Shown here piece by piece: positions 29,275 through 38,800 of a DNA stretch of 55,368 nucleotides (its first letter is position 1; every line of letters begins with the position of its first letter). A model generated the notes under the pieces. The model was not told the DNA's origin. It made no database searches and saw nothing but the letters and a program-made list of their open reading frames with translations. Both the position numbers and the translations under genes were made by a program. The stretch is taken from IMG/VR virus record IMGVR_UViG_3300047294_000129, positions 1 through 55,368 of that record, one strand, 5' to 3'. The stretch is from a virus. Lineage: Duplodnaviria > Caudoviricetes.

Positions 29275-29820
29275 TTAGCCTTCAAAAGTTGGGCAAGCAA
29301 CGGGTGCATCAATATTGTCCATACCCTCACCTTCAACCGCGCCAAGTCTACGTCCAGAGCTATCTCGTGCCACTTGTTTTGTCGCGTCAAGACGAATCTT
29401 GTTCGCTTCATCAAGCGGTGCATCGTGGTGAAAATGCTTCATGATCTTTTGGTAAAGCCCATTTGGGATTTTGAACAAAAGCATCTCATTACACGCTACG
29501 AAACCTACATGCTCTCCAGCTTTTACTCGATAATTTTCAAAACCTGATACCTCATTCGCCGTAACGTGTGTGTATCCAAGTCGAATCCGTTTATCGATAC
29601 TGTCGTAACTGTTTGTGGTCGATAACCAAGTCACATGGAACCCGGGTATCTGGGGGGCAGTGGGCAATGCCTGTTGTGTCCATTCATCCTTCCACATTTG
29701 CTCTGCAAAATGCTCATCGGTTGATACGAACGTTTTCTCTGGGGCCTCTCGACTTGAGTCAAGACTTGCGCGATCTTCGCGTCCACCAGCAGAAAGATTT
29801 TTCTTTAGACGTTTATCCAT
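29275..29820 (-). CDS. Head-module hypothetical protein (181 aa)
   Basis: Between scaffold and cement genes; LPTAPQIPGFHVTWLST motif; AGGAG RBS. Confidence 0.75.
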   Translation of the reverse strand: MDKRLKKNLSAGGREDRASLDSSREAPEKTFVSTDEHFAEQMWKDEWTQQALPTAPQIPGFHVTWLSTTNSYDSIDKRIRLGYTHVTANEVSGFENYRVKAGEHVGFVACNEMLLFKIPNGLYQKIMKHFHHDAPLDEANKIRLDATKQVARDSSGRRLGAVEGEGMDNIDAPVACPTFEG

Positions 29821-29832
29821 TTTTTGAACTCC

Positions 29833-30819
29833 TTAGGTATTTGAATTTTTTGCTTCGAGCGCGTAACGTTTAATCATTTTCGCTCGCTTGACAGGATCTT
29901 CCCACATACCTGCATCTTTCATTGCTTTCACTTTTTCGGGTGATAGCGTGATGGTATTTCTACCCTCTGAAGATGATGCCTGTTCGCGACCTGATCCTGT
30001 TACAAAATTTCTAGGCCTCTGAGTTCTGGCTGGATTTTCGTCCATGTCATCAGTATACCTATGTGGCAGCACTTTTTGCAAGCGTTTGTCAAGCTCAACC
30101 CAATAATCTTGTGATGATGGGTCGTACCCTTCGCTGACAAGTTGCTGATCCTCAACCAAGGCAATCTTTGAATCTCTGTCTTGGCCGCGAGGGTTGTACC
30201 AATTGTTTTTTGCAATCCACCGCTGCGAGTGACGCGTGACCATGGGATCTGGCGCTTCTTGCTGCTGTGGTGGAGGGGTTGTAAACCTGCGCTTTTGATT
30301 AACTAAATTTTCATAGTTGCGCGTAGATTCAGCCAACAGTTCCTGTGCGCTAACCATCAAATCGCCGTTGCCAGTTTCTGCGGCTTCTTTAATTTTTTGT
30401 TTAGCGTAAATGATACTGCCTTGCTCATCGCCAATTCGCTTGTCTATTCGAGCCAAGTCCTGCCCTAAAGCTTTTCGCTCGACAACTTGAACGCGCTCCA
30501 ACAACTGTCGGTTTTGCTGTTCAAGCATAGCTAGCTTGGCATCTTTTTCTGCTTGCACTGAGCGGTGGTAGTCTTTGCGTGAGCGACGTTTTAGGCGCTT
30601 AGCTTCTCGAATGGCTTGTGCTTCAGGATCTACAAATCCATTGGCTTGTATCTCAGCAGCTTCCGCCGCCGCATCATCTTCATCGGCTTCTACAGGATCT
30701 ACCGATTCGTTTTGCGTGGCCTCTGGGCTTGGGATACTTGGTGGTAAGTCAACGACCGCACCACCATCTGCCGCTTCCTGAATGTACATAACCTCTTGGT
30801 TGTTTTGTTCTGTACTCAT
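29833..30819 (-). CDS. Putative scaffolding protein (328 aa)
   Basis: Acidic N-terminus, coiled coil, WIAKNNWY...YWVELDKRL, basic C-terminus; between portal and MCP. Confidence 0.7.
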   Translation of the reverse strand: MSTEQNNQEVMYIQEAADGGAVVDLPPSIPSPEATQNESVDPVEADEDDAAAEAAEIQANGFVDPEAQAIREAKRLKRRSRKDYHRSVQAEKDAKLAMLEQQNRQLLERVQVVERKALGQDLARIDKRIGDEQGSIIYAKQKIKEAAETGNGDLMVSAQELLAESTRNYENLVNQKRRFTTPPPQQQEAPDPMVTRHSQRWIAKNNWYNPRGQDRDSKIALVEDQQLVSEGYDPSSQDYWVELDKRLQKVLPHRYTDDMDENPARTQRPRNFVTGSGREQASSSEGRNTITLSPEKVKAMKDAGMWEDPVKRAKMIKRYALEAKNSNT

Positions 30820-31250
30820 ATGAATGCCTTCATTGCAAGTGGGTTACCAGTGACGGTGGCAATCAATTCATGGTCGTTCAGAACCATAAAAAGAACGGGG
30901 TCATCATCGTGTTCAGCGTTGGGCATAGGAACTTCCCAACGGTCGCCACCCCATTTGGGGACGCGCACGAAGTCGCCTTCTTTTACCCAGACACCTTCCA
31001 CCCATGGCTCCATGGAGTCACGCTTACGAAAAGCCAGAGGGCCTAGCATAAGAACTTTGCCAACCATGTTTTGCCATTTTTCGGTTTCCCGTGTTTCTTC
31101 AACCAACACAATCCCGCTTGCAGTGACTGTCTTTTTTGTGCGGCGCAGTTGTATTAAAACGCGTGCACCAAGTGGTCTTGCTCCGGGGTCTACAAGAGGA
31201 AAAGCCTCCTCTACATCAGCGGCATAACCCGCTACCGTGCTATCACTCAT
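30816..31250 (-). CDS. groES: GroES/Cpn10-like co-chaperonin
   Basis: RPLGARVLIQ...TASGIVL...GKVLMLGP...VKEGDFVRVPKWGG...LNDHELIATV. Confidence 0.85.
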   Translation of the reverse strand: MSDSTVAGYAADVEEAFPLVDPGARPLGARVLIQLRRTKKTVTASGIVLVEETRETEKWQNMVGKVLMLGPLAFRKRDSMEPWVEGVWVKEGDFVRVPKWGGDRWEVPMPNAEHDDDPVLFMVLNDHELIATVTGNPLAMKAFI

Positions 31251-31425
31251 CATTTTCTTCATCCATTAAACGTTCAAGAATATCCAACGACTCCTGTAAG
31301 CCTGCGTATTGACCAACCATTCGGTTGTAAGACTCAATGTTCAGGGCATAACCCCCAGCCAACGAGTCTTTCAAGTCCGATTGAGAGGCTTTGATAGCGG
31401 TAATTAAATCGCTTATAAGACGCAT
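31243..31425 (-). CDS. Small hypothetical protein (60 aa)
   Basis: ESYNRMVGQYAGLQESL motif; overlaps the GroES start. Confidence 0.75.
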   Translation of the reverse strand: MRLISDLITAIKASQSDLKDSLAGGYALNIESYNRMVGQYAGLQESLDILERLMDEENDE

Positions 31426-31427
31426 GC

Positions 31428-31598
31428 TTACTTTTTGCCTTTGGGCTGTTTAAGAGCGGCCAACCCGCCCATGCTTTTTTTGTTCGCTGTGCTCGCTGTC
31501 TGTGATTGCATTTCATTTACGCTTTGGCCTGTGGCAAGACGATAGTGCTGTCGTGTAGGGCCTGCGGGTGTTCCGCCAATTTTTCCGTTTGTGCTCAT
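31428..31598 (-). CDS. Small basic protein (56 aa) with SMGG motif, not in the ORF track
   Basis: MSTNGKIGGTPAGPTRQHYRLATGQ...KKSMGGLAALKQPKGKK; fills the gap after the portal; AAGGA RBS. Confidence 0.7.
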   Translation of the reverse strand: MSTNGKIGGTPAGPTRQHYRLATGQSVNEMQSQTASTANKKSMGGLAALKQPKGKK

Positions 31599-31600
31599 GG

Positions 31601-34093
31601 TTAAATCCTTAAATCACGTTGTGCTTGCTGGTTAAGTTGAATGGCAGTTTTTTCCTGCTCGCTGCGCAGTCGTATCTCTTCAGCCGATATGTCCGCTGTT
31701 TTGATACGCTCTGTTGTAAGGTTGTTTTCTGCATTCATAGCAACCTTAATTTCTTGGTCACGCTTCTTGAGATCGACATCGGCCTGATCTCGTGTTGCAC
31801 GACGTTTTGTCTCGGCCAGTGAAGCTTGCAATACGGCCTCGGCATCTGAATCCATTGGTGGCTTTTGCTGGAATTGCTGCATGAGCTTTCCAAGCTCTTG
31901 GAGGGCTGGCACGACCTTGGCAAACGTTTCTGCTGAATCGAGCTTGACGTGTGCTGCGGCGATCGCCATGGCCTTGTCCAGCGTGTTGGCAAGTTTGTTG
32001 TCTTCGTACTTGCCCAACTGCATGGAACTGCCAGCGGTGACATAGGTTTCCATTTGGTTTGTGTACCACAGCATCATGTGCTGCTTGATGTGTTCCATGA
32101 CCAATGGCGTGTATGTCTGCGATATCAAAGGGTTTGAACCCAAGTTTGGATCAAGTGCAAAGTCCAAGTGCGTCTGGATGTGCGCCAATTGATCTTGTCT
32201 GGCGTAAGCAAATGCCTGCTTTCCAAGCGCCATGGCCGCGTTCTCGTTTGCAGCGTCCATTTCCTGCGCTTTTGACTGCGATGGCATCAATTCGTTGGCA
32301 TTTGGAATCTTGAGTTGCTTCATGACGCGAGTCAATACGGCGTTTTGGTCAAAACTCTGTGGATAAGTAGCCATCAACTGCATAACAGACTGCATTTGGG
32401 CCATGCGCTGTGTTTCGCTGAAGATGTGCGGGTCAGAAACAGGAACGATGTCGCTGTTGCGCTCGAAATCCGCCTTTGAAATCTGCAAATCCTCGACCAT
32501 CTCGCCTTTGAACTGGTCGTCCAAGTACCAGCGGTTGATTCGGCCCAAAATCTGCAAAACTCGGCGCTGTGAGTCGTGCATGCGGGCGTGAATTGAACTG
32601 AAAACCTTAGCGCCTTGCTCGATAAGGGCTTGAGTGGTGCCAACGGGCGTGTTGCTGTTGACATCTGCGATCTTTTCTTCTGCCGTGCTCACGACACCCT
32701 TGGCGGCGTTGCTCAGCCAGTCCAACAACTGGTACAAAACGGGGCTTGGTGGGTTGAAGGGCATGGGCATGGCGATTTTGCGGATGTCATCGATACCGGG
32801 GGCCGCCTCGATCTCCGTCACCTGCGTAATTTCAGGCTGCTGCGTCTGCCCACTGTTACGCCCGCCCTTGAGCTTCAGCATAGTCAGCGAGTTGTTGACG
32901 TGCGCAGTGTCCAACAAGGCCCGCAAAGCGCCCGTAAGGGCCGCAGACAGCCCGCCAATCAGGTGAGGCAGGCCAATAGCGTACGCACCACGCCAAGGAA
33001 TGAACTTGAACTCAACAAGCCAGTCCAACTTGGTCATACGGCTGTCGCCCTTTTCCCAATTGCGGTACAAGCCCACGGCCTTGAGTGACGATTCATCGAT
33101 CATCAGGATGTAGGGGGCTGATTTGCTGTCTGCAAATTTGTCGTCTTTGATTTCGAGCCACGTATAAATGTGGAAAACACGACGCAAGCCATCCTCGTTA
33201 TCGCCAAACTCGCGCCCTTCGATCTTGTTGGAAGCTTTTTCTGCGCCAGATTCTTCTGGCTCGCTTGATGCTCGGACAAACGAAATGTCTCGGTATAAAC
33301 CCGAGGCGATGCGTCGTTCAAATTCCCATTCCGTGATGTCTTGGATCTCTGACACGCGCTGTGCGGTGTAGAAATTGGATGCCGCAAAGGGCAAAAGCAT
33401 GTTGTCGATTGGAATGAATTCGGCGCACGGACGGCCAAGGTTTTCGTCGTACCACATTTTCATGTACTGGCTGCCACCCAGAGGCAGTTGGGTCAGCAGT
33501 TGCTCTTGCTCATCGCGGAATTCTTGGATTTGCTCGGTCAGTTGCCAGTTCATGTAGTCGCGCTTGCGTTCGGCGCGGTCAACTTTTTCTTCAGTCTGGT
33601 CGCCCAAGATGTGCGTGCGCACTGGGCCGTCTGGCGGGAACATCTCTTTCATGGCGCTGGCGGCAAAGTCAACGCAGGCCTCGGCCATTACGGGGTGCAC
33701 CACCTTGCTTGCGCCCATGAAGGAAGCGCCGCCGGGCGCATCATCCCCCATGCCCGTACGCCGTATGCCATCCTCGTACTGCTTGTCGCGTTTTTTTCTG
33801 GCCTCTTTGTCTTTTTCAACAAGGTCAAGGTAACGTATCGTAATGTCAGACAAATCAAGGATGTCCATCGTTTCGGCCAAGTTCTCATAGAACTCGCCGT
33901 CTTCCCGAGGGCCTTTAAATTCGTCTGGCATGCGCACAATCGCGCCACCATCAGGCGTTTCAACTACGTCTTCATCTTCCTGATCTGGAACCTCAACCTC
34001 CAGATTTTCCTCAAGCTCATCCTCAGGCTCATTAACTAGAACACTGTTGTAATTCTCATCATCTATTGAGGTTTGTGGGGGTATTGTTGCCAT
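31601..34093 (-). CDS. Portal protein (830 aa)
   Basis: VHPVMAEACVDF...FPPDGPVRT...YMNWQLTEQ...FIPWRGAYAIGL...TPVGTTQALIEQG; downstream of TerL. Confidence 0.9.
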   Translation of the reverse strand: MATIPPQTSIDDENYNSVLVNEPEDELEENLEVEVPDQEDEDVVETPDGGAIVRMPDEFKGPREDGEFYENLAETMDILDLSDITIRYLDLVEKDKEARKKRDKQYEDGIRRTGMGDDAPGGASFMGASKVVHPVMAEACVDFAASAMKEMFPPDGPVRTHILGDQTEEKVDRAERKRDYMNWQLTEQIQEFRDEQEQLLTQLPLGGSQYMKMWYDENLGRPCAEFIPIDNMLLPFAASNFYTAQRVSEIQDITEWEFERRIASGLYRDISFVRASSEPEESGAEKASNKIEGREFGDNEDGLRRVFHIYTWLEIKDDKFADSKSAPYILMIDESSLKAVGLYRNWEKGDSRMTKLDWLVEFKFIPWRGAYAIGLPHLIGGLSAALTGALRALLDTAHVNNSLTMLKLKGGRNSGQTQQPEITQVTEIEAAPGIDDIRKIAMPMPFNPPSPVLYQLLDWLSNAAKGVVSTAEEKIADVNSNTPVGTTQALIEQGAKVFSSIHARMHDSQRRVLQILGRINRWYLDDQFKGEMVEDLQISKADFERNSDIVPVSDPHIFSETQRMAQMQSVMQLMATYPQSFDQNAVLTRVMKQLKIPNANELMPSQSKAQEMDAANENAAMALGKQAFAYARQDQLAHIQTHLDFALDPNLGSNPLISQTYTPLVMEHIKQHMMLWYTNQMETYVTAGSSMQLGKYEDNKLANTLDKAMAIAAAHVKLDSAETFAKVVPALQELGKLMQQFQQKPPMDSDAEAVLQASLAETKRRATRDQADVDLKKRDQEIKVAMNAENNLTTERIKTADISAEEIRLRSEQEKTAIQLNQQAQRDLRI

Positions 34094-34116
34094 GTTTTGT
34101 AACCTTATGTTAAAAT
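34087..34116 (+). promoter_or_regulatory. Sigma70-type promoter, antisense to the late operon
   Basis: TTGCCA-18 nt-TAAAAT with extended TGn; ATG 6 nt after the -10. Confidence 0.55.
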
Positions 34117-34122
34117 TTGTAA

Positions 34123-34437
34123 ATGGTCTATCAAATCGATTTCAGCAATCACTACAAGTACGGTTACCCGCACGTTGTTGTCCCCTTGGACGACGACAAT
34201 TGGGCAGTGCTGTTTGTCCCAACAAACGAAATTGTTGGGGCTTATATGAACCGCCCGCATGCATTACGTTGCTGTATGTCATTTAATTGGCTCTATTGGC
34301 AAGCTAAGGCTTCGCACTACTTGGCTCGCGACGCAATTTTGCAGGGTCAACAAACGAGCGATCCATCTTACGTAGCGCCTGCCTCTTGGCCTTGGCGGCT
34401 GGGTCGGCTGCTCTCGCGCCTTCTTCCTCGTAGGTAG
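34123..34437 (+). CDS. Putative leaderless antisense gene (104 aa)
   Basis: Occupies the otherwise empty 34094-34303 gap; promoter immediately upstream; 3' end overlaps the 515-aa gene. Confidence 0.5.
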   Translation: MVYQIDFSNHYKYGYPHVVVPLDDDNWAVLFVPTNEIVGAYMNRPHALRCCMSFNWLYWQAKASHYLARDAILQGQQTSDPSYVAPASWPWRLGRLLSRLLPRR

Positions 34438-35851
34438 AGTTGTGCATATACATCAGGTCTTTTTTCTCGTCAGAGCGGCCTAACTGGAACTTTGCATCTT
34501 TGCCAAGCACGTTACGTGCGGCAGCTTGCGCCTCGAGCAACTCTTTGTCAATTGCATTGGGTTTGGATTGAAACGGCGCGACGAAAACTGAGCCTGTGCG
34601 CGGGTTGTGCGACACAATCATGCCCTTCAGTTGCTGCCCAATCAGAATCACTTCTTCTTTGGTCAACGGTCTGCCTGTTTTGCTTCCAATCAAAATCGCT
34701 GAAGCGTCCTTCATGTTGTTTGTGGCTATTGGCAAGAATCGATGCGCAGCCATGGCCTCTTGGTTCAGGTCGCGGCCAGCGGTGGCTACGTCAGCCCGCA
34801 ACTTCTTGTCGGTGGACAGGTCGCCAGTGCGCACGCTGAACGCCTTCATTGGGTTGGTTTCAAGTTGCGGCGGGCTATCTTCGTTCAAGTAAACGCCTTG
34901 CCCCCTGCGCTCTTTGGTCTTGCGTCCACCAATTGTGGTGAGCGGGACTTCGGTGCCCTTGCCGACGGTCTGGTCTGTGATGTAGTCCTGAAACGCTGGG
35001 CTTTTGTATTTGCCAAGGTCTGGGCCAACGCCCTCCACCGTGATATCCACAGGGGTGAACGGCCTGCGCATGGCTGGGTAGGCGGCATTGACTGCCATCT
35101 CGGAGGCTCGGGGTAAACCCTCCTGCACAACCGTCTTGGCACCTTTGTAAATGTCTTTTGATGCCTTAGCCAATGGGCTAGCGACAAACAATGGATCAAC
35201 CACAAGCGATGCCGTGTCACTCAGCATGGGTGTTTGGTTTTTGCCAGAACTCAGGCCATACTTTTTGTTCAGTTTCTTTGCGCCTGCTGCCGAAAACATG
35301 CGGTCGTCATCCATTGCAAGCTTGTTGACTTTGGGGGGAACCATCTTGCCACCCATCACGGACTCAGGCACATAGCCACGCTTGTTTTGCTTAGCGGCCT
35401 GCTCGCGCAAATAGTCGATAGCCTCTAATGGCAAATTGATTAGGTCGCCCATGCCACCAGCTAGGTTTGCGCCAAGGTCGTCAACCACAAAGTCGGTGAG
35501 CGCACGCGGTTCTGTGACCAGCGCCTTAATGTCTCGGCCATACGCCTTACTCATCTTGATCATCATGCGGCGCATGAACTCTGCGTTTTCATCAGGCACT
35601 GATTCTGATTCGATGCCAAACGCTTGAGGCTCCACGTACCCAGCTTTTTTGTACGAGCGCACCTCTGGCTGATTAGCGAATGGGTTTTGCATACCGCCAA
35701 ACTTTTCACGTATCTCAGCAAGTGCAGGTACGTATGTGGGCATGGCATCATCTGGGTCATAAGACTCCGCAGATCCACCCGCCTTCATGTGCTTGACCAG
35801 ATCGCCGTGGCCCCAGCCTTCTAAAAGTTTATAGTGCTCCAATGAGGCCAC
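34304..35851 (-). CDS. Hypothetical head-associated protein (515 aa) with N-terminal MKAGG
   Basis: Long ORF overlapping the end of the polyvalent gene, directly before the portal. Confidence 0.75.
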   Translation of the reverse strand: MASLEHYKLLEGWGHGDLVKHMKAGGSAESYDPDDAMPTYVPALAEIREKFGGMQNPFANQPEVRSYKKAGYVEPQAFGIESESVPDENAEFMRRMMIKMSKAYGRDIKALVTEPRALTDFVVDDLGANLAGGMGDLINLPLEAIDYLREQAAKQNKRGYVPESVMGGKMVPPKVNKLAMDDDRMFSAAGAKKLNKKYGLSSGKNQTPMLSDTASLVVDPLFVASPLAKASKDIYKGAKTVVQEGLPRASEMAVNAAYPAMRRPFTPVDITVEGVGPDLGKYKSPAFQDYITDQTVGKGTEVPLTTIGGRKTKERRGQGVYLNEDSPPQLETNPMKAFSVRTGDLSTDKKLRADVATAGRDLNQEAMAAHRFLPIATNNMKDASAILIGSKTGRPLTKEEVILIGQQLKGMIVSHNPRTGSVFVAPFQSKPNAIDKELLEAQAAARNVLGKDAKFQLGRSDEKKDLMYMHNSTYEEEGARAADPAAKAKRQALRKMDRSFVDPAKLRREPSSAKP

Positions 35852-38800
35852 CCTTCTTTTGCGTTATGTCTTTTTTGCTTGTGTCGTAAGTGCCCTTGTT
35901 GCCAATTGCGGACTTGATGGCATTGGGGTTGAACACTCCTAAGTTTTTGGTGTCAAGCTCTTTGACGTACATGGCATCATGGCCCAGATCTTTCAAAGCT
36001 CTGACGATGTAACCTTTTTCCAAAGCCATCCAGTTGTTTGATTCGTTTGGATTATTGATTGTTTTTATGTCACGCATTATTTGACTGGCGGGCACGCCTT
36101 GCTGGCGCAAGTGTTCAGCAAGCGCTTTTACCTGTTCCGTGTTCTCATAGTCAAACGGCTTTTTAACCTGCGCGTAAACGGGCATCACGCGAGTTCCAGT
36201 GGGCATTTGATACTGGTCAGGCGTTGGCATCTGGAACCGCCCATGCTTTCGGTGGCTTGGCTTCAACGGCATCAGCGTGCCTCCAGCGTAGCCTCCAGCG
36301 AATGTGGGGTCAGGGCTTAGGAACGTCGAGTCGGCTTGGCCTGTGCGAAACTCTTTGAAGCCCTTGCCTTTGTCAGCGTCAGGATCTCTAAATGTGCCGT
36401 GGTAATACTTTTTCTGATCTGCGCTATCGGCCAAAAAGTCTTTGAGGTTCAAGTCAGCTTGCTCCCTTGGAACAATGCGAGTCATGCCCGCCGCAGCTTG
36501 CTTAAGGCTTTGCTCCATCCTCTGTTTGGCGCTCAATTGGGACGCTGCCTTTTCAGCTTGCATCTCAGCGCGTACCTCATCGGCCATTGATAGGATTGCA
36601 GAGGGCTTCTCTGGGGCCTTCCCAGCTAACCTAGCCAAGCCACCCTTGGCCTTGCTTAGCTTCTTGCCTTGCACGTCTGACCCCTTGGGTGCCACGAACA
36701 GCTTTTCGTACACGTCGTGCGGTTCGCTTCGGCCAATCTTCACGCGGCCAACAACGTCGCCAACGCCGAACAAGTCACCACGGCTGCGCGGTCGAAGTGT
36801 AGGGTTTGCCCCAGTCTGCGTGTTGAACAGTTCCGTGGGTGTGGCGTATTCGGTGGACAGGCCGTACTTGTGACCAACGTCGCCCTTCTCAATCGTGGCT
36901 ATGAAGTTCAACTCGTTCAGCAGCGGATCACCGCCTTCTGGCTTGAACAGGCCCTTGCGCACCAAATTGCTTTTGGTATACGAGCCAGTCCGTGGGTCAA
37001 GCACCTCGATCTCTGACCGCGCACCTGATGACATCATCGGGCGATTGGTCTTGGGGTCAATCACTACGCCTAAGTCTTCAACGATGTTGGCATCCAACAC
37101 CTGCCCAGTACGCGGATCAATGAATGCGCCTGAGGGGAAGTCCAAGCGGCGCTTGCCTGTCGTTGCCAGAATACGTTCGACCAGCTTTTGCTGGTTGGGG
37201 AACTTGTCAGGGAACAGGAACCAGCGATTGGGAACTGGCACGATTGGTGACCTGCCCTCAGCGCCAACCTTTGCGACCATCTCATCAACTGAGCCGTAGC
37301 TAGGTGGATTGGGCTTGTCGCCTTTAAGCATTTTTTTGATGATGCCGCCCTTGGCAAATTTTTGCGGCATCGCCGTTTGGAATGGCAGGCGGTAGGTGCC
37401 CGCGCCATACCTTGAGTCCATGTAACTGTTGTAATCGTCTTCGGTTATTTGATCGAGCGCTTTACGAACTTCGTCGCGTTCTTTTTGATTTATAAACCGA
37501 TTGACGTTAAAGCCCTTCTGTTTCAGTATGTCGCGGATTACACCTGAAATTACCTTCCCTCTGAACTCCATGTCCGAGTCTTTGAAGTGAGGTGGGAGCT
37601 TGTACTCGGTGTCGATGAGGCCCGGGACTTGGCCGATGTCAACCCTGCCAAACTGCCCCTTGTTCAGGTAGTCTTTAACGTACTCGGTGTACCTCGATGT
37701 CACGTCGCCACCACCGTGGCCCTGTATCTGCAACACGTCACCATTTGGGTCTATTTGCATGGTTGCGTGAGCCATGTCCTTTTTGTCGCGCAGGGTTACG
37801 GCGCGTGTTTCGCCTGCCCAGATTTGGTCGCAGTAGCCGTGCTTTGCAATGCAGTGGCCCATCATCTCGCTCTCGTTGTCGAGTTGGGATTGCAGCTTGT
37901 TGTAGCCGGGGTGGTATATCGACTTGCGCCCATGCGGATCCACATAGAAACCCTTACCGTCGTTTTCAACGGTGTATCCTTCAGGCAAATTTTTGTCTGG
38001 CACAAACTCTTTCCACGCAAAGCCGTCTTCATACTTTTCGTGCGTGATCAAGCCAGAAGCCAACGCCTTGCGCTCCAACTCCTTTTCTTTTTCGAACTTG
38101 ACATCGCGGTCATGAACGCGGCGCGTTAGGTCTTCAATCGATATCTTGGACACCTGCTCAGGCCGTATGTCACCAGCGATGATTGCGTCTTGCAGTTCTT
38201 TGCTCATGCGACTGAAGCCCACACCTTCACTTGTCTTTGAGTCTAAGTAACTTGGCTTGACGAACATTTCATCTTCTTTGAAATATTTCATCTGCTCTGG
38301 CGTTGCGTCTTTGACGTTCTTTCTTGCAACAGGCTGAAGCAGGCTGTCCAATGCGTACTCAAGGTTTGAAGCCAGCCGCGCCTTTGGATCATTTAGGATG
38401 TTCATCATGCCGCCTGCCTCGGTGGCAACCTGACCCTGCCTGCCAGCTTCGTGCAATCCTGCCTCGCCAGTAAGTTGCCTGTTCTCGTGAACTTTTATGG
38501 CTTTTGGCGAGTGGATCCTGTTTTGCATCTTGCTAGGATCTCTTTGTATATCCCGAGGCACTGCGGTGATACCCTTCTCTGCAAGCTTTCTGATTGGGTC
38601 GTTTGGCGTACCCATCTTTTTGATCATGTAGTTTGATAGCTGGCTTTTTCCAAACTGGGTTGCGGCCTCTTCGGCCAGCTTTAGTTTCTGTAGCTGTTGT
38701 AGCTCAGTAGCGAATTCCGTATATTCAGGGCTGCCCTTCAATATGCGGGCAAGATAGTCAATCCGATTTTGCAGCGCCTCGCCTTGCAATCTGGGCATCT

